A stretch of DNA of 62,501 nt from Minisyncoccota bacterium (GTDB taxonomy: Bacteria; Patescibacteriota; Minisyncoccia; Phycocordibacterales; UBA9973): positions 1-62,501 of the forward strand of contig JAGOSH010000003.1 in the NCBI GenBank assembly GCA_018062425.1, written 5' to 3'. Below, piece after piece: positions 24,996-35,016 of this stretch (positions are counted from its first letter, which is position 1; each line of letters begins with the position of its first letter). Under the pieces are notes generated by a model that saw only the letters and a list, made by a program, of their open reading frames with translations, searched no databases and was not told the origin of the DNA. The position numbers and the translations under genes are program-made.

Positions 24996-25676
24996 TTATG
25001 ACAACCTCCTTCCTTTGCGGTTAATAGTAATCTCTGTTATCTCTATTTGCTTTGGCAATTTTAATAGATACAAGACTATATCTGCTACATCATTCGGATC
25101 CATCCATTCTGTTGGGTCTTCTATCTTCTTTCCGTAATCCTTTTCATGCATTTGCGTATTCATTCCACCGCAGTGAACATAGATATTTCTACTTTTTGTT
25201 TTTGCTAACTCTAGTCCAATATTATATGAACCACCACGCAATCCATATTTTGTTGAAGTATATGCCAGCTGATCATTAAATCCGGATTTCAAATCTGCCG
25301 TTGTGCCGATATTCAATATATCCGCTTCATTTTTGACAATGTTATCAAATAAGGAAGATAGAAAATACAGTGGCGCAATAGTGTTAACTTTGAAGGCTCT
25401 TTCGAACTTAGAATAAGTAATTCCGTTTATCTTTTCCATCGCCACAATTGCTGCACAATTTATAATTGCATCAAAATCACTATGGTTTTCTTTGATTATA
25501 TTAACAGCATTATCAATGTCTTTTTCCACTGCAAGGTCACAAGCAATATTAATGACACCCAATACATCGCAAGACGTTCTGCTCACATTAATCACTTCCA
25601 GCTTTTCAGTTTTACACAAGCTTGCAATCGCCTTGCCAAGACCATCACTAGCTCCTAATATAATTATTTTCTTCAT
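24996..25676 (-). CDS. short-chain dehydrogenase/reductase (SDR)
   Basis: ILGASDGLGKAIA (TGxxxGxG-type motif), NCAA, and the catalytic YTSTK (YxxxK). Confidence 0.85.
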   Translation of the reverse strand: MKKIIILGASDGLGKAIASLCKTEKLEVINVSRTSCDVLGVINIACDLAVEKDIDNAVNIIKENHSDFDAIINCAAIVAMEKINGITYSKFERAFKVNTIAPLYFLSSLFDNIVKNEADILNIGTTADLKSGFNDQLAYTSTKYGLRGGSYNIGLELAKTKSRNIYVHCGGMNTQMHEKDYGKKIEDPTEWMDPNDVADIVLYLLKLPKQIEITEITINRKGRRLS

Positions 25677-25692
25677 ATATATATATTAATTA

Positions 25693-26061
25693 TTACTTCA
25701 TAAACCACCATTGCCTAAATTCAACACAATTCTTGGAATCATCAAATTTTACCACAAATACACCATCTAAATGGTAACGCTTATCTTGATAAGTATATTT
25801 ATTTACCCAATGAATAAACGCAACACCATTTTCAATGGTATATATTTCGTAATCTAGAGTAATGTCAGTAAGATTATCTATATCATTCCAGTAACTTTGA
25901 ATTTCTTCCTTTGTGGTCGCGGACTTAAAAGGTCTCTCGTAATAATTCTTGGTTTTAGAAAACAAACTCAACACACTATCTTTATTCTTATTGACCCAGG
26001 CGTTCTTAAACTCTTCCATCCATTTTACAACATCATTTTTTGTAATCATATTGGTAGACAT
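25693..26061 (-). CDS. NTF2-like / SnoaL-like small protein
   Basis: 122 aa with W-rich motifs at both ends (VVKWMEEFKNAW..., ...FRQWW), typical of the NTF2-like fold. Weak call. Confidence 0.45.
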   Translation of the reverse strand: MSTNMITKNDVVKWMEEFKNAWVNKNKDSVLSLFSKTKNYYERPFKSATTKEEIQSYWNDIDNLTDITLDYEIYTIENGVAFIHWVNKYTYQDKRYHLDGVFVVKFDDSKNCVEFRQWWFMK

Positions 26062-26065
26062 AGTA

Positions 26066-26551
26066 TTAGATGACTTTTTTTAATTCTGCTAAATCTAACT
26101 CTGTTCTACTGTCAATATAATTCCCTTCTATTTCGCCCGAACCATTAATCCAAACCTTTTCTGGAATAAATTTATAAACTCTTCTTGGATATGATGTCAG
26201 GAACATAGCAACATCTTTCATTTTATGTTTAGTCCTAGTGTAGTGACACTTAAGCCCCACAATAATATCTATAGGATTAGTTAATTCGTAAGCCTTACCC
26301 TGAAAATAAACCCCAACCCCAGTGCCTGATGGAACGGTGGAATCATAAATGGTAATAAAAGTATTTGAATTGTTTCTTATATTTTTTGAGTGCTGGTTTT
26401 CCTTCCAAGATAATATATAAAAATTAAGCTCTTTATCATAAGAGCAATACACAGGAGTATTCCAAGGCAAATTGTCTGGAGTTATTGTAGCCAGATTAAG
26501 ATACTCGATTTTTTCTATTATTTTACTTGCAGCTCTTATAAGCTCTTCCAT
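26066..26551 (-). CDS. pyridoxamine 5'-phosphate oxidase-family (FMN-binding split barrel) protein
   Basis: The pattern LATITPDNLPWNTPVY...FITIYD... is typical of the family. Confidence 0.55.
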   Translation of the reverse strand: MEELIRAASKIIEKIEYLNLATITPDNLPWNTPVYCSYDKELNFYILSWKENQHSKNIRNNSNTFITIYDSTVPSGTGVGVYFQGKAYELTNPIDIIVGLKCHYTRTKHKMKDVAMFLTSYPRRVYKFIPEKVWINGSGEIEGNYIDSRTELDLAELKKVI

Positions 26552-26608
26552 ATCTGTTTATTATACACAAAACCACTTCTTTTTGGGTGGACATTTAATG
26601 TATCATTT

Positions 26609-26983
26609 TTATGATTTATTTGATTCTTTATCTTTTTTTGTTGGATGACTCACATAGCTTCTTTGCATGTTTTTCTCCATTTTCTCTTGATACACCAAAG
26701 AAAACTCTTCACTAGTAAAATGAAAGCTGTTTAAAATGTCAGCTAGATACATATAGCAGTCGGCTATTTCTTCTAACATTTCTAGTCTAACTTCTGGATT
26801 ACTAACAATTTGTTCTGTTTTTTTCTTTTTTATAATATCGATAACTTCGCCAACCTCTGCCACCAAATAAGCCACCCAAGCAAGTCCTGTTTCTGGATCC
26901 ATGGCTGGCCACTTATCTTTATTTTTCTCGTAAAGTTCTTTTGACAAAGAGAGCATTTTGTCAACGCTAATATTCTTTTCCAT
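26609..26983 (-). CDS. MazG-like nucleotide pyrophosphohydrolase
   Basis: EVGEV...EEIADCYMYL pattern (the EExxE/D metal-binding helices of all-alpha NTP-PPases). Confidence 0.6.
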   Translation of the reverse strand: MEKNISVDKMLSLSKELYEKNKDKWPAMDPETGLAWVAYLVAEVGEVIDIIKKKKTEQIVSNPEVRLEMLEEIADCYMYLADILNSFHFTSEEFSLVYQEKMEKNMQRSYVSHPTKKDKESNKS

Positions 26984-27023
26984 GTTTAGATTATATCAAA
27001 GTAAATAAATAAACTGAAAACCC

Positions 27024-27407
27024 CTATTTACGGGACTTCTTGCTGACTTTCTTTACTTGGCTCGCCGAAGCCTTGCGCGTAGGCGGCTTTGGTTTCTTGG
27101 GTTTCTTGTCTGGCAAAGACTTCGCTATATCAAGCAGTATTTCCGGAAGATTTTTCAATTTTGAAAGTTGCACTTCCTCTACGACGTAAAAAGGCTTCGA
27201 GCCCGGATATGCTTCATCCTTGTCACAAATCCCCTCCAGCTCCGCCGACGCAGGCAGTATCTTCACATATAACTGATCATCACACACCAGCCCAACGACT
27301 TTGCCGTCACAATACAATGCATATTCCCCAAACATCGCCCGAGTAGTGAATCTATTGTCATCAAGTTTTTCTAGAATGAATTCTATTGTTTCCTTTTGGG
27401 TGGACAT
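27024..27407 (-). CDS. TfoX N-terminal domain protein with Lys-rich tail
   Basis: RAMFGEYALYCDGKVVGLVCDDQLYVK matches the TfoX_N core. Confidence 0.7.
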   Translation of the reverse strand: MSTQKETIEFILEKLDDNRFTTRAMFGEYALYCDGKVVGLVCDDQLYVKILPASAELEGICDKDEAYPGSKPFYVVEEVQLSKLKNLPEILLDIAKSLPDKKPKKPKPPTRKASASQVKKVSKKSRK

Positions 27408-27416
27408 TGCAAATTT

Positions 27417-28250
27417 CTATTCTTTAATTAAAAGTTTCTCGTTTAAAATTGCACACTCAAGAAAATGCAAAACCATATAAGCAAACGTAGTAGCAATTAA
27501 AAATGGGAAATTACCTTTCCTCGGGATATTTTTATGAATAATCTTTTCGTTTCTCAAGATCCTTCCATTATTTATCCCTTTAACTAAGTCCTCAGTTACT
27601 CCAAAAATACTGAGTTTATTTTTGTTTTCAAAAAGAAATCTTAATTTATTTCCTATTTTTCCTTTATTTTTTAATTCATTATCCAAATTAAGAATACTAT
27701 CAAGCAGCGTTACTGATTCTGTAATAAGTCCATCAGAATCTTCTTGTTCGTATTTATTCTCTATTAATTCCAAAGAAGAAGCTATAAGCTTAGTTCTATC
27801 TTCTTTAGCTGTTTGTTCAACTAACCAAATCGGCACAATACGTTTTTCAGAAATTTTATTTTTAAGTTTATTTCTTGCCGAAGAAAAGGCTACTTTAGCG
27901 TAATAAAAACTACCTGCTAAAATATAATTTTCTGTTATTTTTGGATAAAATCCGAAAGTTACTTCTTGTTGGAATGGACCTATAGAATTCACTGTTGCAT
28001 ATTCTTCCTCGTTACTACCTGGCATTAAAATGTTGCGTTTTATTTTTACTTTTTCAGTCTTTGTTCTAAAATGATCTAAAAAATTACGAATAATCACAGA
28101 ATCAACTCCAATTTCATAAAAAAGATTTATACAATCAGAAATCCAGTCAATTATTTTGTGTTCTTTGTAAGTAGCTATATTTTTATCTTGGGCGAATTTC
28201 CCAAGACTCTCTAATCTTTCTTCGAATTGTTTCAATTGAATGCTGTTCAT
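27417..28250 (-). CDS. Abi_C / HEPN-like hypothetical protein
   Basis: The C-terminal INNGRILRNEKIIHKN fits the HEPN Rx4-6H motif in an Abi_C-like context. Confidence 0.4.
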   Translation of the reverse strand: MNSIQLKQFEERLESLGKFAQDKNIATYKEHKIIDWISDCINLFYEIGVDSVIIRNFLDHFRTKTEKVKIKRNILMPGSNEEEYATVNSIGPFQQEVTFGFYPKITENYILAGSFYYAKVAFSSARNKLKNKISEKRIVPIWLVEQTAKEDRTKLIASSLELIENKYEQEDSDGLITESVTLLDSILNLDNELKNKGKIGNKLRFLFENKNKLSIFGVTEDLVKGINNGRILRNEKIIHKNIPRKGNFPFLIATTFAYMVLHFLECAILNEKLLIKE

Positions 28251-28280
28251 AACTTTATGTTTACTCTAAAAGAGTATAAA

Positions 28281-29111
28281 TTATTTTTCTGTTTCTTCTG
28301 TAAAACGAACCACAGCGTGAATAGTTGCTAAATAAAAATAAAACATCCAACTCAACCAAATGTTCTTATTGTAATTATTTTTCTGTTTATCATTATGATG
28401 CCTCACGGCAAAATTATTGGCTATGTTAAAGATATCTGAGTCATCTTTTTTTGATAATTTAACTTTTATTTCAGATTTTAAAAACTCCAAACAATCTGCT
28501 AATTGCCTAACAGCATAACCTCTGTCTTCAAGAGTAGAGCCATATTTCCTAAATTTATTTACAGCACTATCAATTTTTTCTTGAATTGATTTATCTATAT
28601 TTGAAGGTACCTTAGATTCAAAAAGTACTTTAAATTCTTCTTTTACCAAAGAAAGCATCTCTCCTTTGAGACTTAACTCGTAACCACCTTCATAATCATT
28701 TAAAAATTCATTTAAAGCATTAATATATTCAGTCCTCCCTATTTCATCATCAAAATTTTTATAATGCCATCCACAATTATCCCAACTATGAAAATTAGCT
28801 TCATTTTCTAAAGGTGCCGAAATATGATCATAAATAAACTCAATCATATCGAACAAGTCTTCTTCAGAGTAAAAATATATCCAAGTGCTTATTGGCCATA
28901 AATTAGTTTTACGTATTTTTCTCATAACGTAAGCATCAATATCTTTCCCTGCAAGACCTTCGATAAAGCCGTCTGTGCATTCAACACCTAAATATTTCTG
29001 GAAATAGCCCTTTGAACTAAATTCATTAAAAATATTTAAAAAAACTTTCTTAAGAAAATCAAGATCGATACTAGGTTTATTTCCTTTTCTTTGTGAAAAA
29101 TATTTTCTCAT
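28281..29111 (-). CDS. AbiJ-like hypothetical protein
   Basis: The N-terminus MRKYFSQRKGNKP resembles the AbiJ N-terminal FSxRxG signature. The C-terminus has FNIANNFAVRHHND followed by a helical hydrophobic end. Confidence 0.35.
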   Translation of the reverse strand: MRKYFSQRKGNKPSIDLDFLKKVFLNIFNEFSSKGYFQKYLGVECTDGFIEGLAGKDIDAYVMRKIRKTNLWPISTWIYFYSEEDLFDMIEFIYDHISAPLENEANFHSWDNCGWHYKNFDDEIGRTEYINALNEFLNDYEGGYELSLKGEMLSLVKEEFKVLFESKVPSNIDKSIQEKIDSAVNKFRKYGSTLEDRGYAVRQLADCLEFLKSEIKVKLSKKDDSDIFNIANNFAVRHHNDKQKNNYNKNIWLSWMFYFYLATIHAVVRFTEETEK

Positions 29112-29179
29112 TACTTTAACCTTAAACTTTTTATGAATAAAAACTAAACAAATTATACATCAAAAAAATAAGTAAAACG

Positions 29180-29200
29180 AAAACCCCCTTGCGGGGGCTT
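29180..29200 (-). terminator. intrinsic terminator after dnaK
   Basis: Minus strand reads agccccc-gcaa-gggggtttt followed by a T-rich run. Confidence 0.7.
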
Positions 29201-29205
29201 TGTTG

Positions 29206-31113
29206 TTACGCTTTCGGTTCTTCTCCTTCCTGATGCTCGTGGTCGTTGACTTCGGTTGGTTGTTCTTCCATTGTCGCGCCGGAGCTTTCAGCGGAGGCGG
29301 AGTCGGCTCCTCCGGCTTTTTGAACGGCTTCACCAATCTTAGACATTTCGTTTGAAAGTTCTTCGGTGGCTTTCTTGATAGCTTCAGCGTCGGTGCCGTC
29401 TTTGAGTCCACGAAGAGCGGTAATCTTTGCATTCACTTCATCCTTTAATTCCTGTGGAATCTTGGCATCGTTATCTTTCAACGCTTTCTCGGCTGTATAC
29501 ATGATCATCTCTGCAGTGTTTTTCACATCTACAACTTCTTTCTTTTTCATGTCTTCTTCGGCGTGAAGTTCTGCATCGGCCTGCATCTTCTTGATCTCAT
29601 CTTCCTTCAGTCCAGAGCTTGCTTCGATCTTGATAGAGTTCGCTTTGCCTGATGCTTTGTCCTTGGCAGTCACATTTAGAATTCCGTTGACGTCTACATC
29701 AAATGAAACTTCAACCTGTGGCATACCGCGAGGTGCTGGTGGCACTCCGTCGAGGATGAACCGGCCGAGGGATTTGTTGTCAGATGCCATCGGGCGCTCG
29801 CCTTGGACGATGTGGATTTCTACACTGGTTTGGTTGTCCGCTGCGGTCGAGAATACTTGGGATTTGTTGGCAGGGATGGTGGTGTTCCTTTCGATAAGCT
29901 TGGTAGCTACACCGCCGAGAGTTTCGATACCAAGTGATAGCGGGATAACGTCGAGCAGTAGAACGTCTCGTACATCGCCTTGTAGAACTCCAGCCTGTAC
30001 CGCAGCGCCGAGCGCTACGACTTCGTCAGGGTTGATGGATAGGTTTGGAGTCTTGCCGAATACTTTCTTCACTTCTTCTAGAATCTTTGGCATTCTGGTC
30101 TGACCTCCAACCATAATGATTTCATTCATGTCTTCCATTTTGAATCCAGAAGCAGCCATAGCACGCTTGGTGATCTCGATAGATCGAGTTATGTATTCGT
30201 CAGCAATAGACTCGAGCTGGGCGCGAGTCATCTTGAGCAGTAAGTGTTGTGGACCCTCTGCGGTTGAGGTTATAAACGGAATATTGATTTCAGTTTCGAT
30301 AGCAGTAGATAGCTCAATCTTGGCTTTTTCTGCGGCTTCGTCGAGGCGTTGCAATGCTAGGGCGTCTTTGCGTACATCTACACCCGAAGTCTTTTTGAAT
30401 TCGTCCGCAATCCAAGCGATGATCTTGTGGTCGATGTCACGTCCTCCGAGGTGAGAGTCTCCGTCGGTAGATTTAACTTCGATAACATCATCCCCGATTT
30501 CAAGTACTGACACGTCGAATGTTCCTCCTCCAAAGTCGTACACCACAATCTTCTCATTCTTCTTTTTGTTAAATCCGTATGCGAGTGCTGCTGCTGTAGG
30601 CTCGTTGATGATACGCTTCACATCTAGTCCGGCGATAGCTCCAGCGTCTTTGGTGGCCTTTCTCTGTGCATCGTTAAAGTATGCAGGCACCGTGATGACT
30701 GCTTCGGTAATCTTTTCTCCGAGTTTTGCTTCTACGTCAGCTTTAATCTTGCCGAGTATCATCGCGGACACTTCTTCTGGGCGCATCCATTTGTCGCCGA
30801 TTTTTACTTCGACTCCGCCGTTTGCTCCCTTTTGGATTTTGAAAGACATATTCTTCAAATCCTTCTGTACTTCTGGATCTTCGAAGTTGTGGCCCATGAA
30901 CCTTTTAATTCCGTAGATTGTGTTTTCTGGGTTTGTTACTGCCTGACGCTTGGCCAAGAGTCCCACCAATCTATCCATATTCTTTGCAATCGAAACAATC
31001 GACGGGGTGGTACGAGCACCCTCTACGTTTTCTATAATTTTCGGTGCACCACCTTCGATGATGGCTACTGCCGAGTTAGTTGTACCCAAGTCTATACCTA
31101 TGATTTTTGACAT
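29206..31113 (-). CDS. dnaK: molecular chaperone DnaK
   Basis: [18 protein letters not shown], and a full-length Hsp70 architecture. Confidence 0.97.
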   Translation of the reverse strand: MSKIIGIDLGTTNSAVAIIEGGAPKIIENVEGARTTPSIVSIAKNMDRLVGLLAKRQAVTNPENTIYGIKRFMGHNFEDPEVQKDLKNMSFKIQKGANGGVEVKIGDKWMRPEEVSAMILGKIKADVEAKLGEKITEAVITVPAYFNDAQRKATKDAGAIAGLDVKRIINEPTAAALAYGFNKKKNEKIVVYDFGGGTFDVSVLEIGDDVIEVKSTDGDSHLGGRDIDHKIIAWIADEFKKTSGVDVRKDALALQRLDEAAEKAKIELSTAIETEINIPFITSTAEGPQHLLLKMTRAQLESIADEYITRSIEITKRAMAASGFKMEDMNEIIMVGGQTRMPKILEEVKKVFGKTPNLSINPDEVVALGAAVQAGVLQGDVRDVLLLDVIPLSLGIETLGGVATKLIERNTTIPANKSQVFSTAADNQTSVEIHIVQGERPMASDNKSLGRFILDGVPPAPRGMPQVEVSFDVDVNGILNVTAKDKASGKANSIKIEASSGLKEDEIKKMQADAELHAEEDMKKKEVVDVKNTAEMIMYTAEKALKDNDAKIPQELKDEVNAKITALRGLKDGTDAEAIKKATEELSNEMSKIGEAVQKAGGADSASAESSGATMEEQPTEVNDHEHQEGEEPKA

Positions 31114-31289
31114 AATATTTTCTTTGGCTCGCCGTAGCTTTATGCGTAGGCGGCTATTTTAACTTATAATTTTGTGTGATTAATAATGATTTCCACAAGC
31201 TTTTCGTGGTCGCGAAATACTTGTTAAATGTAGTATATATGATAGGATAGAAGCATGTCAACCCCGCCAAGCGGGGTAAGGTCAAAGTT

Positions 31290-31805
31290 ATGAAAAAACT
31301 AGATTATTCCAAGAAAATATTGAAAACTTTGGCCGAAAAGCCAGCAATTTCAATCGAAACTTTAAAAGAAAACCGGGACAAAAAGGCCTGCTATGCCATA
31401 GCTCGTGCATTAAAAAGCCTAGTTGAGAACGGTTATGCAGAAATCCACAATTCTGAAAATAGTAAATTCATAAAAATAACCAAAAAAGGTAAAAATAAAT
31501 TAAACAGTATTAAACTTGAAGCCGAAGAAGCATTGGTTGCTGGATCTTGGGATGGAAAATGGAGAATAATTATACTTGATTTAGATGAGGGTAGAAAAAA
31601 CGAACGTGAATCTCTGCGCTACTTACTGAAAAAAGCTGGGTTTGTGTGTGTCAAAAATACAGTTTGGGTTTCACCATATCCGTACGAAAACCTTTTTATG
31701 AATATCAAAAAAGACCTGAATCTTACCACCGAACTCATGATTATAGTAACTGATCATATAGATCCAGCAACGCAACTTGCTTTCTTTGAAGCTATTAAAA
31801 AATAG
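31290..31805 (+). CDS. PaaX-like winged-helix regulator
   Basis: SWDGKWRIIILDLDEGRKNERESLRYLLKKAGFVCVKNTVWVSP matches the PaaX C-terminal pattern. Confidence 0.55.
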   Translation: MKKLDYSKKILKTLAEKPAISIETLKENRDKKACYAIARALKSLVENGYAEIHNSENSKFIKITKKGKNKLNSIKLEAEEALVAGSWDGKWRIIILDLDEGRKNERESLRYLLKKAGFVCVKNTVWVSPYPYENLFMNIKKDLNLTTELMIIVTDHIDPATQLAFFEAIKK

Positions 31806-32111
31806 TTACTCCAGCTCCCCGGCCATCCATTCCCTATATTCTCGATTTAATCTACGGATATCTACTCCGGCAATTATTGGTGTTGAATAGGTATGATTCT
31901 GTGCAATCAATTCATGCACTTCTTCAAGTTTAGACTCGAGAGTTGTGACCACAAGCATCATTTGCTCGCGTTCTTCTAGTTTCCCCTGCCAATGATACAT
32001 GGATTGTATGGGCCAAAAATCCACGCACGCACCAAGCTTGCTTTCAATAATTATCTTACCGAGCCTTTTTGCGTCATCAGTGTTCTCGCAAGTTGTATAA
32101 ATAAATACCAC
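31806..32111 (-). CDS. cutA: divalent-cation tolerance protein CutA
   Basis: 101 aa with a CutA-like core: LGACVDFWPIQSMYHWQGKLEE. Confidence 0.85.
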   Translation of the reverse strand: MVFIYTTCENTDDAKRLGKIIIESKLGACVDFWPIQSMYHWQGKLEEREQMMLVVTTLESKLEEVHELIAQNHTYSTPIIAGVDIRRLNREYREWMAGELE

Positions 32112-32149
32112 ATCTTATTTATAACACTAAAAACATATCTAGTCAATAT

Positions 32150-32755
32150 TTAATTTCTTTCTTGGCTTTTATATTCAAACAAATTCACCCTAGCTGGGCG
32201 AAGGACTCTGTCCCCTAGTTTGTAACCTTGTTGAATGACGACTGCGATTTTGTGATCTTGATCCTTGTCTTCTGTTTCTACCATCTCTATAGATTCATGG
32301 ATATTCGGATCGAAAGTGTCCCCTACAACGCCAAAGGATTTCACTCCATATTCTTCAAATACGCCTTGCATCTGCGCATAGATGTATTCCACGCCCTTTC
32401 TCCAGCCAGCGTCTACCTTCTCCCAAGCTTCACGGTTGGCAAAAGCCATGTTGAAGCTATCTGTCACGGTTAAAAACCGGGACAGAATTCGTTCGCGCAT
32501 AGATTCTGAAAGCATGATTTTTCTATCATCTTCTTGCTTCTTGTAGTTCGCAAAGTCGGCCCGTTCTTTCTGCCAACCAGTCAGGTATTCTTCCTTTTCT
32601 TTTTTGGCAACTTTTAAATCAGCTCGTAATTTCTTAAGAGTTTTTTTGAGGTCTTCTTCCCCGTCTTCGTTGTATTCAAATTCCACTACATCGTCGTCGT
32701 CTTCTGTTTCGGGAATTATCTCGCCGGTTTTTATTTCTTTTTCTTCGTCTTGCAT
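32150..32755 (-). CDS. grpE: nucleotide exchange factor GrpE
   Basis: Coiled-coil N-terminus, RADFANYKKQ, and the C-terminal beta domain ...GYKLGDRVLRPARV. Confidence 0.9.
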   Translation of the reverse strand: MQDEEKEIKTGEIIPETEDDDDVVEFEYNEDGEEDLKKTLKKLRADLKVAKKEKEEYLTGWQKERADFANYKKQEDDRKIMLSESMRERILSRFLTVTDSFNMAFANREAWEKVDAGWRKGVEYIYAQMQGVFEEYGVKSFGVVGDTFDPNIHESIEMVETEDKDQDHKIAVVIQQGYKLGDRVLRPARVNLFEYKSQERN

Positions 32756-32774
32756 AACGCTATCTTAACATAAA

Positions 32775-32798
32775 AACACCCCTTTTTAAAGGGGTGTT
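32775..32798. terminator. bidirectional terminator between rpsI and grpE
   Basis: aacacccctt-ttta-aaggggtgtt, flanked by A and T runs. Confidence 0.65.
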
Positions 32799-32812
32799 TT
32801 TTGAGTATAGAA

Positions 32813-33241
32813 TTATCTTTTTGACCACTTTGGTGCCTTACGAGCTTTCTTGAGTCCGAATTTTCGTCGTTCCTTGGCTCGTGGATCACGCTTTAGGAAT
32901 CCGAGATCTTTCAATTCTCCGCGTAGTCCTGCGTTTGACAGTACTAGTGCTCGGGATAGTCCGTGTCGTACAGCTTCTGACTGAGAGTGCATACCACCAC
33001 CAGAAACACGAGCTTCTACTGCCCATTTGGATGAAGGATCTTCGAGTTTCATGATAGGGTCCATGATGAGCGCTCGCTCGTCTGCAGTCTTGAAGTATTC
33101 TTTTGCATCCATGTCGTTCACCACGAAAGCATTCTTGGAAGCTGGTGTTATTCGCACGCGAGCAGTTGATGTCTTTCTGCGTCCTACTCCTTCAAAATAT
33201 TTGTCTTTTTTGTCTGTAGTAGTCATCTTATTATTCTTCAA
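32813..33241 (-). CDS. rpsI: 30S ribosomal protein S9
   Basis: GGGMHSQSEAVRHGLSRAL and a C-terminus ending ...KWSKR. Confidence 0.95.
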   Translation of the reverse strand: MKNNKMTTTDKKDKYFEGVGRRKTSTARVRITPASKNAFVVNDMDAKEYFKTADERALIMDPIMKLEDPSSKWAVEARVSGGGMHSQSEAVRHGLSRALVLSNAGLRGELKDLGFLKRDPRAKERRKFGLKKARKAPKWSKR

Positions 33242-33605
33242 CTTTTAAATTTTTCATCATTTCTCGACGTAGTTTGTTACCTGGTAGCATGTGATATACA
33301 GAAAGCTTTACTAGTTCAGCAAAACCTTTGGATTTCACAGTCTCACTAGCTTTCAAAATACGCAAACCACCTGGGTGACCAGAGTATCGGGTGTGGTATA
33401 TCTGTTCTAGTTTCTTTGGAGTTATCTTGATCTGACCTGCGTTCAATACTCGTACTGGAAATCCAGAATACGCTTCACGCTTGTAAGCTGCGGAGTTCTT
33501 GCCCATAAGTAGTGTTGCTATTTCACTGGCTACACGACCGAGGGTTCGTCCTTTTGCATCTACGGTTAATTCTTTTTTTGCTTCAACTTTTTTCATATTA
33601 TACAA
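33231..33605 (-). CDS. rplM: 50S ribosomal protein L13
   Basis: GRTLGRVASEIATLLMGK, and its position upstream of rpsI. Confidence 0.92.
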   Translation of the reverse strand: MYNMKKVEAKKELTVDAKGRTLGRVASEIATLLMGKNSAAYKREAYSGFPVRVLNAGQIKITPKKLEQIYHTRYSGHPGGLRILKASETVKSKGFAELVKLSVYHMLPGNKLRREMMKNLKVEE

Positions 33606-33951
33606 ATTCTATTATCGCGATTTCTGCCCCGTCCGACTTGCGTGGGTTTAATTTAAGGATTCGAGTATAGCCACCCTTACGATCTTTGTAAGCTGGGGTA
33701 ATAGTTTCGAAAAGCTTCTTGGTTTCGCGAGCTTTGTTTCCGAGTCTAGCAGATATCAAACGGCGGTTTGCAAGGTTGTCTGTCTTTGCACGAGTCACCA
33801 TCTTTTCTATGAATGGGCGGAGCTCTTTTGCCTTGGCTAAAGTTGTACGGATTTTACCGCGGATGATCAAGTTAAGTGCCAAAGACTCAAGCAAAGCTTC
33901 TCTCTGGTTTTTACTGCGACCGAATTTTCTTTTGTTGCTGTGATGTCTCAT
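33598..33951 (-). CDS. rplQ: 50S ribosomal protein L17
   Basis: MRHHSNKRKFGRSKNQREALL... is a canonical L17 N-terminus. Confidence 0.95.
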   Translation of the reverse strand: MRHHSNKRKFGRSKNQREALLESLALNLIIRGKIRTTLAKAKELRPFIEKMVTRAKTDNLANRRLISARLGNKARETKKLFETITPAYKDRKGGYTRILKLNPRKSDGAEIAIIEFV

Positions 33952-33965
33952 CGTAATTTAATTAA

Positions 33966-34952
33966 TTATTCTTTCAAACTCAAGCCGAATTTGGTTAGAA
34001 CTTTCTTTATTTCAGAAATTCCCTTCTCGCCAATACCTTCGACTTCAAGCAAATCCTCTCTCTTCTTACGAGCCAATCCGCCAAGTGTTCGGATGTTAGC
34101 TTGTGTTAGAGAATTCAAGGTTCGGGTTGAAAGGTCTAGTGCGTCGATGCGAGTCTTTAGTACATCAGTCAGGTCTTCTTTGTCTTCCTTATCTTCTTTG
34201 TCATCTTCTGCGTCTTCTTTCTTTGCTTTCTTTGGAGCTACTACTTCTTCTTCCATTGCAGACTCTTTGAAACCTACAACAGCTTTCAACTGTTCGATCA
34301 TAGTGATGACAGAGTTTGAAAGTGCTTCACGAGGTGTCAGTGTACCATCAGTTTCGATAGCGATACGTAGACGGTTGTGGTTGGTATTGTCGCCAACACG
34401 CATGTTTTCAACTTCGTAGGATACTCGTCTGATAGGTGTGAAAATAGCATCCACAGCAATAGTGCCTATGTCTACTTTGTCCTTTTGCATCATTTCTTTG
34501 GAAATGAAACCAAGGCCTCTTTCAATCCGAAGTTCAATATTCAAATTTATCTTGCCAGTTACTTCGGCTATGTATGATTCAGGATTCAAAACTTCAACCT
34601 GACCAGTAGTTTCGATGTCGGCAGCGGTTACTGCTTTTGGTCCTTTTACAGACAAGGTTACAGTTTGTGGTTCATCAGTCAGGAGCTTGAAACGAACTTT
34701 CTTTAAGTTCAAAATCATAACGATGACGTCTTCTTTGACGCCTTCCATAGTCTGGAACTCATGAGAAACACCTTCGATCTTTATAGAAACAACACTAGCG
34801 CCTGGAATTGAGGAAAGGATAATGCGGCGAAGACTGTTGCCGAGTGTGTGTCCGTAGCCAGGATACAATCCATCAATTTCAAATACTCCCTTGTTACCTT
34901 CTTCGGTTACAACTCTTGGTTTTGAAGGCAAAATTATTTTATAGTCAGGCAT
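33966..34952 (-). CDS. rpoA: DNA-directed RNA polymerase subunit alpha
   Basis: GYGHTLGNSLRRILLSS-type motif (GYGHTLGNSLRRIILSSIPG) and a C-terminal HhH domain (LSTRTLNSL). Confidence 0.96.
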   Translation of the reverse strand: MPDYKIILPSKPRVVTEEGNKGVFEIDGLYPGYGHTLGNSLRRIILSSIPGASVVSIKIEGVSHEFQTMEGVKEDVIVMILNLKKVRFKLLTDEPQTVTLSVKGPKAVTAADIETTGQVEVLNPESYIAEVTGKINLNIELRIERGLGFISKEMMQKDKVDIGTIAVDAIFTPIRRVSYEVENMRVGDNTNHNRLRIAIETDGTLTPREALSNSVITMIEQLKAVVGFKESAMEEEVVAPKKAKKEDAEDDKEDKEDKEDLTDVLKTRIDALDLSTRTLNSLTQANIRTLGGLARKKREDLLEVEGIGEKGISEIKKVLTKFGLSLKE

Positions 34953-35016
34953 GTTATATAAAAATTTATCTAATAATGTTTCGCTGTCGCGAAAATAAAA
35001 AATTAATTAAACCAGA

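Noticed and set aside
29160-29432. 90-aa ORF overlapping the dnaK 3' end
   Set aside because: It lies out of frame inside dnaK, runs through the dnaK terminator hairpin, and has a Lys/Pro/Arg-rich low-complexity translation.
29366-31162. Multiple plus-strand ORFs antisense to dnaK, and similar antisense ORFs inside rpoA, rpsK, clpB, typA, the ATPases and other genes
   Set aside because: They are Ser/Pro/Ala-rich mirror-frame artefacts opposite well-supported genes, with no independent start or regulatory signals.
31114-31289. CIRCE/HrcA operator upstream of dnaK (also looked for near grpE, dnaJ and clpB)
   Set aside because: I saw no TTAGCACTC-N9-GAGTGCTAA-like inverted repeat. Only a TTGACA-17-TATATA-type promoter and unrelated short GC hairpins are present.
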